A stretch of 64,000 nt of DNA from Promethearchaeia archaeon (GTDB lineage: Archaea; Asgardarchaeota; Lokiarchaeia; Sigyniarchaeales; SOKP01). Below the pieces are notes generated by a model that saw nothing but the letters and a program-made list of their open reading frames with translations, had not been told where the DNA came from and searched no databases. The translations under genes and the position numbers were made by a program. The DNA is taken from positions 1 to 64,000 of the forward strand of contig JAHQWJ010000009.1 of NCBI GenBank assembly GCA_029856125.1. Direction: 5' to 3'. Positions 49,535 through 58,030 of the stretch are shown piece by piece; the stretch's first letter is position 1, and every line of letters begins with the position of its first letter.

Positions 49535-50896
49535 CTAAATATCAGTCTGATTGTTGATTGGCTCGTCGGGGGTATTGTTTTCAGAAACCCTATCTTCTCC
49601 AACAGCTAACTTTTTGTTTTTGAGAAAGTTTTGAAATTCCCAATCGTTTATTTTTTCTAAGTCTAAAGCACCACTGTTAATCAAATAAGACTTAAAATCA
49701 GTTACTATCTCGATTACTTCTTTTTGATTAAACATCTGTTTTAAAATCAATCCGCTCTTCTTTAAGGTGTATTCGGAATAGAACCAATAAAAGAGTATCG
49801 TAATCAATAACACAGCAAAATTAATTACTAAATTAACTTGATATCGATTAGTGTAGGTAGCAGGAATAAAGCCTGCTCCCGTGATCATGACAAGTTGGCC
49901 TTCTATATAAATTAATGTAAAGGCAAAAAGGAAAAACGCTAAATTGTTAGGATTAAAAATACGAAATTTAAAAGTTCTACTTCCTAAGCCTCTTATTACG
50001 AGAATAGCTGTAAATATCATTAATACGATGTCAATAAATGCCCGAAATGCATCGATACCTAATGCAGAGGAAACACTCCTAAATGAATTTATAAAACTAA
50101 AAGAACGATACCAAATAATTAAATATACCAAAACAAAAAAAATTGAAGAAAAAATGTTAGGAGTATTATTATTTATGCTTTTAATATAGAGAAACACCAA
50201 TCTATAGGAAATAAAAAATATCACAATATACATAGCTATATTCCAACCGTTAAACCATATTAGTGAAGAATCTGTCGGAGTTTGAGGCTCAAAATATGAA
50301 AGGAATCCGAAATATGTCACTAACTGAGTCAAGATAGCTATTGAAATTGCTATTATTAAAAAGACAATGCTGATATATTTGTTTCTATTAGAATTTGAAT
50401 CTGATAATACTCTATTATTTACATTAAACGCAATGTCTTCAAAGCTCGTTTTTAAAAAAAAAATTTGAGCTAGATTCCATCCAAAATAAACTAAAATATA
50501 AAAACCTGGAAGTATGTAGTCCCACCCTATAAATTGAATCGGAATTTGATTGGAACCACCAAATAGGAAATACAATGAGATGATAACAAAACTAAAACCT
50601 AATGTCGTTATAAAAATTACTGTTTTATGTTGATCCAAGCTTTCGGAAAAAAGATACGACTCGAATTTGGAAGAAACTCCTATAAACATTAATAATATAA
50701 ATGATAGCGAGAAAACTGTAGCTAAAAATAACCCAATATTGCCTAGAGTAGTGCTACCTAGAAAATAAAACACAATTAAGATAAGAACTTCAATAAAAAA
50801 AAATATAGTGTAGGCAAGATGACTCGGACTAAAAATTTTATGGAAATACTTATCTAGTTTTATCTTGAATTTTGAATCAGATACCGGTTCAGACAT
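49535..50896 (-). CDS. Hypothetical polytopic membrane protein
   Basis: About 11 hydrophobic segments, soluble C-terminal tail. Confidence 0.75.
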   Translation of the reverse strand: MSEPVSDSKFKIKLDKYFHKIFSPSHLAYTIFFFIEVLILIVFYFLGSTTLGNIGLFLATVFSLSFILLMFIGVSSKFESYLFSESLDQHKTVIFITTLGFSFVIISLYFLFGGSNQIPIQFIGWDYILPGFYILVYFGWNLAQIFFLKTSFEDIAFNVNNRVLSDSNSNRNKYISIVFLIIAISIAILTQLVTYFGFLSYFEPQTPTDSSLIWFNGWNIAMYIVIFFISYRLVFLYIKSINNNTPNIFSSIFFVLVYLIIWYRSFSFINSFRSVSSALGIDAFRAFIDIVLMIFTAILVIRGLGSRTFKFRIFNPNNLAFFLFAFTLIYIEGQLVMITGAGFIPATYTNRYQVNLVINFAVLLITILFYWFYSEYTLKKSGLILKQMFNQKEVIEIVTDFKSYLINSGALDLEKINDWEFQNFLKNKKLAVGEDRVSENNTPDEPINNQTDI

Positions 50897-51238
50897 TTGA
50901 AATAAACTCCATCTAATATGAAACAGAAAATTCTATAAAATTTAAATTATGATATGAAAGATATCTTCCTAAAATATAATTTTAACTATATACTATATCT
51001 ACATCGTTTTTATCAAAATAACTACATAAGAATGTGGGGCGATACTTTAACTTATTTTCTTAGACATTTAGCAAGATTTATTAATTTTTGTCAAAAATGT
51101 AAATGATTTGATATTGAGTTGAATAGATAAATTTATATAATTAAATCGTGATAATCTCGTAATAAATCCATTTTTTAAAAAAATTGATTTAATAATTTAC
51201 TACAAAAGTGAAAAACACTTACAAAATTGTGAAATACA

Positions 51239-53479
51239 ATGATAAAAATTAAAACTAACAAAAAGAATTTGATAATACTATTGACTTTAGCAATGCTTTT
51301 AAGCGCATCTAGTTTACCGCTTACAGTAAAAGCTAACTCTGTAGATTTACGCACTAACGATCTTACTCCAAAGAGTTCACAAATTATTCCCAGAACGATT
51401 CGAGTGGCAATCTACAATGAACCAAATGTGACACAACCAGGTTACACAAGTGGAAATACATTTACTAATAATTATACAGCTTTGATCTTACTCTTAGAAT
51501 CCGCTGGTGTTGAAGTAACTGAATTAACTGGTGCTGATATATATAATCATAAACTTACAACGGCAGATTTTGATGTATTTATCTTGGTTGACAACGTACC
51601 ACGAGAAAATATAACTAATAATGTGAAAGAATTCTGGTTAGGAGGCGGGGGAATTTTATCATTTGATAGCGCTCTACCTTATTTATGTTACGCGGGGATA
51701 ATTATACCTGAATCAGAAGGAGATGACGGAAGACTTACCTACTGGACTTACCAATCTGGTATTGACCATAATGTTTCAACACGCCATCCTATTACGAAGG
51801 ATTATCAAGTGAATGATAAATATTCAACAGGAATATGGATGAACTATTTTTATTGGAGCGTTGTACAAGGGACATCTGTAGGTTCTGAAATTGTAAAACT
51901 AACAAATAGAGATGGAAACGACGATTATGCTACAGCCGTAGCACTCCGTCGTAGCGATATGGGTGGACCCATAGTTCATTTACCTGGGACAGCAGATATT
52001 ATAGGAATTAATATGAGTAGTTTGATTACGAATGCTATAGATTGGCTCTGTCCAAGACCTAAGGGAAGAATCGTTTATGATTTATCTCATAATCCCCGAT
52101 TAGGTGTTGATAATTGGGACGATTTAACGGCATATCCAGGGTATTACGAAGAATGGCGGAATGAAATAGTTAGTCGAAATTACTTGTTCGATAAACTCTA
52201 TCCATCTTCTTCGGGAAACTTTACTCTATCCCGCCTAAATTCCTACGATTTATTAGTAGTAGTAAGCCCCGATACAAACATAAGCGCATCCGAAGCAACC
52301 ACAGTATCCAATTGGATTAATAACGGCGGAAGTTTATTAGCTCTTGGTGATAATCCAACTGCTGCCAATTTTGATTTAACTGATCAAGAAATAAATAAGC
52401 TATTAACAGGTCGTGATTTAACTCTAAACCTTATTTTTGGTGCTGCGGGTAACGATGACTTAACACCTGTTTCACATCCTACAATTGAAGGATGTAATGA
52501 TTTAGAAATGGGCTCTAGAGGCGCTATTAATTTAACAGGTGACGCTCGTTCCTTATGGGAACTTGGGGGTAATGTTCATATAGCTTGCCAAGATACTGGA
52601 AATGGAAGGATAATCGTGAGTAATGATATGAATTGGTTAGCAGATACAAACATAGGAAATCAAGAAAATCGACAATTCAGTATTAATATAGTTAATTGGT
52701 TAACTTCAGACGACGCGGAAGTACTTCTCTATGTAGACGAACCAGACAGTCCAAACTATTACATAACACCCGTTTCTAATGCTCTTAATGAACTAGGTTT
52801 AAATTTCTACCTAACTTTTGACACGGACTATTTGAATTTATCTCTTAATTTGAATAATTGGGAATTACTTATTATTGACAACCCTTGGCCACCTCTTGGT
52901 GATTCAACTTTGACAACAGTGAATAATTTTGTTAAAGATGGAGGTTGGTTAATTATGTCCACTTACACTGTGAGTTTGGATCCTACTCATTCTCTATGGT
53001 CTAGATTGGGATTTGAGTATGATCAAGCACAACCTGGCAGCTCCTCTCTGTATATATGGAATGCAGCTCATCCAATCTTTAACTTTCCTGTTGATTATGG
53101 TGCAGCTAGATTTGACCCTATTAGAGATTATGGTGATGAAGGTGATCTACTTAGAGTTTATCCAAATGCTACTTCTTTAGCAGGATATACAGTCTCAGAA
53201 ACGGAAAACAATACAAATATAGTTTTAGCAAATGGTGGAAAGACATTATTTAATGGTTACCTTATCGATCAATTTACTGGAGATTATGACGACTCTGCCT
53301 ACACCGATAATTTTGAGTTGTGGATAAACGAAATTACATTTATGTGGGCTCAGATCGTAGCTGAACCTGTAATTGATGGTGGAATTCCTGGATATGATGT
53401 CTATTTGGTGTCTTTTGCAGCAGTCTTTTCAATAGGGATTATAACTATTATTACCTTACGAAAAAAGCGTAAAAATTAA
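51239..53479 (+). CDS. Secreted protein with tandem GATase-like (DUF4350/GIFT-type) domains and Loki-CTERM-like anchor
   Basis: Signal peptide; repeated GGG.L modules; IVYDLSH; C-terminal IPGYD + TM + RKKRKN. Confidence 0.78.
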   Translation: MIKIKTNKKNLIILLTLAMLLSASSLPLTVKANSVDLRTNDLTPKSSQIIPRTIRVAIYNEPNVTQPGYTSGNTFTNNYTALILLLESAGVEVTELTGADIYNHKLTTADFDVFILVDNVPRENITNNVKEFWLGGGGILSFDSALPYLCYAGIIIPESEGDDGRLTYWTYQSGIDHNVSTRHPITKDYQVNDKYSTGIWMNYFYWSVVQGTSVGSEIVKLTNRDGNDDYATAVALRRSDMGGPIVHLPGTADIIGINMSSLITNAIDWLCPRPKGRIVYDLSHNPRLGVDNWDDLTAYPGYYEEWRNEIVSRNYLFDKLYPSSSGNFTLSRLNSYDLLVVVSPDTNISASEATTVSNWINNGGSLLALGDNPTAANFDLTDQEINKLLTGRDLTLNLIFGAAGNDDLTPVSHPTIEGCNDLEMGSRGAINLTGDARSLWELGGNVHIACQDTGNGRIIVSNDMNWLADTNIGNQENRQFSINIVNWLTSDDAEVLLYVDEPDSPNYYITPVSNALNELGLNFYLTFDTDYLNLSLNLNNWELLIIDNPWPPLGDSTLTTVNNFVKDGGWLIMSTYTVSLDPTHSLWSRLGFEYDQAQPGSSSLYIWNAAHPIFNFPVDYGAARFDPIRDYGDEGDLLRVYPNATSLAGYTVSETENNTNIVLANGGKTLFNGYLIDQFTGDYDDSAYTDNFELWINEITFMWAQIVAEPVIDGGIPGYDVYLVSFAAVFSIGIITIITLRKKRKN

Positions 53480-53497
53480 TAAATTCAATATTAAACC

Positions 53498-53510
53498 TTT
53501 TTTTTTTTTT
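53498..53510 (+). terminator. Oligo-T archaeal terminator candidate
   Basis: T13 tract 18 bp after the stop at 53479. Confidence 0.55.
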
Positions 53511-53675
53511 ATTTTTAAATATTAAATTGCTAGTACCGAGCAATCCTATGTCTTTAAAAAGAGTTATTCTTGTAAGGCAGAAACATTTTCAAGAAGGAAC
53601 ATAAATTTAAATAAAAAGGTCGCTCATAAATTCTTATTAAATCCAAATTTATTTAATAACAAGTATGTGTAAAAA

Positions 53676-55328
53676 ATGAAATCTAAAAACAAACAGTTTG
53701 TCCTTTTAATCGTAATATTATTAGCTTTACCAATAGTAAGTATCAATCTTAGTATAACAAACTTTGCATCTGTAGAGGATCTTGAACACAATAACGCTTT
53801 TGAAAACTTAAAAACCTCCACAGTACATAACGAATCTCTTTATATCGATGATGATAATCCATTAATAAATTGGGCCAATAGAAGTGCTGAAGGGTACTGT
53901 ACTGGTTCAGGAACATCTGGAGATCCATATGTAATTAGTAATGATATTTTTGATACAGACCCAAATCCTTATGGAATATTTATTCGGGATTCACGGAAAC
54001 ACTATAAAATTGTTGATTGTGAATTTATTTCCTCTGGGACATATGGAATATTCTTATTTAATACTACAAACGGTATTATTGAAAATAATCAAGTGTCAAT
54101 ACCTGGAACTAGCTTTGCAATTGATGTTACTAATTGTACTGATATGGTTTTTAGAAATAATAATTGTTCTTTAAATGGGTACGGTTTTCATATCAGTGGA
54201 ACAAGTAGTTTATCATTTATCTCCAATACTGTGAACGAAAATTTATTTGATGGTTTTGTTCTTGATAACTGCGATGATAGCACTTTTGAAGATAACACTG
54301 CTAATGAAAATGGTGATGAGGGATTTGATATATTCACCTGTAGCAATAACATTTATAGAGGTAATACAATTCTAAACAACTCGGATTATGGTATGTCCTT
54401 CCAATCAACAAGCTCTTTTAATCGATTGGAATCTAATACCGTGAACTACAATGATGATGGTATTTATTTAGCAGGTTCTTCAAACTTTAACGTAATATCT
54501 CAAAATATAGTTAAAGAAAATGACGATGATGGAATTTATATTAATAGTTGCAACTTCAACGAATTATTAGATAACACCGTGGAAGATAATGTAGATGATG
54601 GGATATATTTAACTTCATGTCAGGATAGCATTCTATCAGAAAACACTGCGACTTTAAATGGGGGTCACGGATTTCGATTAAACTCAGTGAATAACTTAAC
54701 CTTCTCGGATAACATAAATAGTTACAATTCTGAGGCGGGGATATTCGGTAATAACATAGATAATAGCTTGATTGAAGAAAATTACGCCCATCACAACGGT
54801 TGGGATGGATTTCGATGTGTATCTGGCGAAACCAACTTGATTAGAAATAATCAATTAACTTACAATAACCAGAGTGGCGTTCATTTAACTAGCGGTTCAG
54901 GTAATAATCTCTTCTCCCAGAATTTAGCCAATAGTAATTATCAGCACGGTATTTCGGTTTCTGGTTGCGATAATAATGTTATCAGTGGAAATACTGCTAA
55001 TAGTAATCAAATGAACGGTATTCATCTGCTGAATAGTGACAATAACTTTATCCTATCTAATACCGCCAATAACAATAATAACGGAACTTATTTAGATACC
55101 AGTGGTAATAACTTAGTAATAGGAAATATTATGCTTAACAACGGAGTGTGTTACAATGAAACTGGGAGTACTGGAAATGTTTTCGAAGATAATATATGCA
55201 GTTCAACAGAACTTCCTGCTGTTCCATTAGATCCATTTATCCTAGGATTAATAATTGGTTTGATTATCGGTCTTGGAGCTTTAGCTGCAGTAGTAATTTT
55301 CAGTTTAGTACGAGGAAGAAAGAAATAA
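53676..55328 (+). CDS. NosD/pectin-lyase-like right-handed beta-helix surface protein with C-terminal TM
   Basis: GSGTSGDPYVI, repeated GIYL....N....N units, TM + RGRKK. Confidence 0.88.
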   Translation: MKSKNKQFVLLIVILLALPIVSINLSITNFASVEDLEHNNAFENLKTSTVHNESLYIDDDNPLINWANRSAEGYCTGSGTSGDPYVISNDIFDTDPNPYGIFIRDSRKHYKIVDCEFISSGTYGIFLFNTTNGIIENNQVSIPGTSFAIDVTNCTDMVFRNNNCSLNGYGFHISGTSSLSFISNTVNENLFDGFVLDNCDDSTFEDNTANENGDEGFDIFTCSNNIYRGNTILNNSDYGMSFQSTSSFNRLESNTVNYNDDGIYLAGSSNFNVISQNIVKENDDDGIYINSCNFNELLDNTVEDNVDDGIYLTSCQDSILSENTATLNGGHGFRLNSVNNLTFSDNINSYNSEAGIFGNNIDNSLIEENYAHHNGWDGFRCVSGETNLIRNNQLTYNNQSGVHLTSGSGNNLFSQNLANSNYQHGISVSGCDNNVISGNTANSNQMNGIHLLNSDNNFILSNTANNNNNGTYLDTSGNNLVIGNIMLNNGVCYNETGSTGNVFEDNICSSTELPAVPLDPFILGLIIGLIIGLGALAAVVIFSLVRGRKK

Positions 55329-55365
55329 ATTCTAAACTTTTTTTTTAATTTTAATTTAATTTATC

Positions 55366-56100
55366 CTATTTACCTACAACTCCAACATATATAGTAGTTT
55401 CATTTTTTCCATCGATTTCGAGAAATTGGTTAAGCTCATCGTCATATATAGCTCCTATCGTACAAGCGCCTAAATTGAGAGCTTCAGCAACTAAATAAAA
55501 GTTTTGGCCTATATGCCCCGCATCTAAGTAAATATATCGGTAACATCTTTGAAGGTATTTCCATTGAGAGCGGTCTATCATAGCCGTCCAAATGAAGTTA
55601 ACAGCGGAGTCATATGCAATTTTTTGATCAAGGCACCCCTCCGCTACTTTTTTTCGGAAGTCTCCTTCTTTTAGTAGCTCTATTGAATGGTTCTGAATAT
55701 TATAGTGATACAATCCTTCTTGCATATTCTTTATGTTATTGACGACGGGATAAATTTCAATAGGAAACAAACCTCCCGCTGAGGGTACAGTTCTAAACGA
55801 AAATTGTGGAAAAATCCTATTTAATCCAGACATACCAAACAAAAGTAAACTAAAATCCATCAAGGATAAAGGTTCTTCAGTGAATTCTCTAGTCGAATGC
55901 CTATTTTTGATTACGCTCCAAAATTGGATTGTTTCGTCAAATTTCGGTTCAGGCAGATCAATTTTTTTAACAGCATCAGGATAAGTTTTAAATGTTTTAG
56001 GCTTTCTTGACCAATCTAAAGCGTGTCGAGGTATTTTATTCCTAACGTATTTAGACTTCTGTTGGAACTCATCCCCAAAATTGTTTTTAAACTCGTTCAT
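55366..56100 (-). CDS. SagB/ThcOx-family nitroreductase-like dehydrogenase
   Basis: RHSTREF, RTVPSAGGLFPIE, YRYIYLDAGHIGQN. Confidence 0.9.
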   Translation of the reverse strand: MNEFKNNFGDEFQQKSKYVRNKIPRHALDWSRKPKTFKTYPDAVKKIDLPEPKFDETIQFWSVIKNRHSTREFTEEPLSLMDFSLLLFGMSGLNRIFPQFSFRTVPSAGGLFPIEIYPVVNNIKNMQEGLYHYNIQNHSIELLKEGDFRKKVAEGCLDQKIAYDSAVNFIWTAMIDRSQWKYLQRCYRYIYLDAGHIGQNFYLVAEALNLGACTIGAIYDDELNQFLEIDGKNETTIYVGVVGK

Positions 56101-56191
56101 AATATAGAAGATAATTCCGACTTATATAAGATTTATTTTAAAGAAATCTTCTTTCTTACCAAAAAGAAAGTTTAAAATAGAGACTTTAAAT

Positions 56192-57571
56192 TCATTTTAT
56201 TTTTACTCCTTGATTTTCAAGGGTTGTCTGGACTAGTGAAATATCTACATCTCTACATATCATATTTTCTTTAATCGATACTGCAGCGGCTACCCCCGCA
56301 CCTTGCCCAGTGGCAACACAACAAACCATCTGGCGAGTGGCAGCGTGAGACATCTTATCTCCTGCTACCCATCGTCCAGCTACAAGAAGATTTTCGACTT
56401 TCTTTGGAAGGATGATTCCATATGGGATTTGGAAGTATCTACCTGTAGTAGGCATAATTACAGTACCATATGCGTCGAGGAATTCAGGACAAACTCCTAT
56501 AGAATCCTCAAAGTGGGCTTGGTTTTTAACGTCCCATTCAGTGATGTTGTAATCGCCAATGATTTTACGCGATTCCCTTGTTCCTAATGACGATCCTATA
56601 TTCTTTAGCCTTGCTTTTTCAAACCCAGGAGTACGCCTTCTCAAAGAGTTAATTAATTTAATTATTCGCCTTCTTCCTTCTATCTCAGCTTTAGTAAGAT
56701 CGAATACATCTGTACAGTCTATATCACTTATATGGATACCATTAAAAGAATTGATAATTCCTAATTCTACATATTGATTCCATATCTTTTTTATCGGGAT
56801 GCTCTCAGGTATAATATCTTCTTTATTAGCTCTGTTCATTGGCTCTAAGAAACAAGTAAAATCATCTATAAAAAACAATTCTCCGGATTGTTGAAGATAT
56901 GGAAGGAACTTGGGTTTTTTCTGAATTTTTCTTAAAAGATAAGTAAAAAATTTATCAATATCAACGCCACTACAACCAAAATTGACTGTAACTCCCATTA
57001 ATTTATTTTTGGGGTCTTTCTTATAAGGAGCTCCAGCGTAATAAGCTATATCAGCATCTCCCGTCGCATCAATTACTCGTTTAGCCATGATTGCCTGCCT
57101 TCCTGATTTACTTTCCGTAATGATTCCTGTAATAGTATTTCCATTCATGATAGCATCAACAGCCTGACAATGTAGTAAAGGAGTTACTCCTGCTTCCTCT
57201 ATTAAATTATCAGCTAGAACTTTAAAAATTTCAGTATCTAAGATTTCATAGGTCGGGACACCATCTACCAATAAACCTTCTTTTTCGAGAAATTTTCCTA
57301 TCTCAGTCGTTTTTATTTTTTTATTAAACGTATTAATAGTCCCACTCATTTCTTTTGCTTTAAGTTCAAATTCTTTAATTATACCTCCAGCATCTATGGT
57401 TTTTACATAACGATACCAAGTAGGAGTCCCTACCATTGTTTGGGTTATTACACCGCCAAAAGAACCATAGCGTTCTACTAGTAAAGTATCGACGCCCTCT
57501 CTAGCTGCGCCAATAGCTGCAGCAAGACCTGCAGGTCCTCCACCAACAACTAAAACATCTGCTTTTGCCAA
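56192..57571 (-). CDS. FAD-dependent oxidoreductase; true start probably 57607-57613
   Basis: DVLVVGGGPAG, IDATGDAD, RESRKIIG, IPYG, NLLVAGR; conserved-looking ITEPSKNIPI in frame upstream of the TTG. Confidence 0.9.
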   Translation of the reverse strand: MAKADVLVVGGGPAGLAAAIGAAREGVDTLLVERYGSFGGVITQTMVGTPTWYRYVKTIDAGGIIKEFELKAKEMSGTINTFNKKIKTTEIGKFLEKEGLLVDGVPTYEILDTEIFKVLADNLIEEAGVTPLLHCQAVDAIMNGNTITGIITESKSGRQAIMAKRVIDATGDADIAYYAGAPYKKDPKNKLMGVTVNFGCSGVDIDKFFTYLLRKIQKKPKFLPYLQQSGELFFIDDFTCFLEPMNRANKEDIIPESIPIKKIWNQYVELGIINSFNGIHISDIDCTDVFDLTKAEIEGRRRIIKLINSLRRRTPGFEKARLKNIGSSLGTRESRKIIGDYNITEWDVKNQAHFEDSIGVCPEFLDAYGTVIMPTTGRYFQIPYGIILPKKVENLLVAGRWVAGDKMSHAATRQMVCCVATGQGAGVAAAVSIKENMICRDVDISLVQTTLENQGVKIK

Positions 57572-57757
57572 TATAGGAATATTTTTTGAAGGTTCAGTAA
57601 TAAAGACGCTAATTCACCTCCATGGTGAAATCATTATAATTTTCATTATCTTTGTTCATAATTAAAATCAATTAAACTCATATACGAAATTTAAATTGAT
57701 GTTATGAAAACATATAGTAAGTAAGAAAAAAAATAAAAGAAAATGAGTTATATATTG

Positions 57758-57994
57758 TTATTTTACTGCTTCAAAATAGATGTGCCACAGCTCGTCATCA
57801 TCGAGAAAATCTGTTCCTAAGTGTTTGTGCTTAGTTTTTGCTAAATCACGCGGAACTGATTCAGATGCGGGTTTATAGTCTGTTATTACCTTCAATACGG
57901 TACCCGGTCTCATCCTCATGAGTTGTTTCTTGGTTTTCAACGCAGGTACGGGACAGACTAAGCCGGTCACGTTTAATTCTTGGTCGAATTTCAT
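57758..57994 (-). CDS. tusA: TusA-family sulfur carrier
   Basis: LNVTGLVCPVP (CPxP), LKVITD. Confidence 0.88.
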   Translation of the reverse strand: MKFDQELNVTGLVCPVPALKTKKQLMRMRPGTVLKVITDYKPASESVPRDLAKTKHKHLGTDFLDDDELWHIYFEAVK

Positions 57995-58030
57995 AATTTT
58001 TACCTCTTTATTTTTTAATATTGTTTTTGA

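Noticed and set aside
54100-55200. Asn-rich periodic sequence as a DNA repeat or diversity-generating target
   Set aside because: Periodicity is at the protein level (beta-helix); no near-identical nucleotide repeats or reverse transcriptase seen
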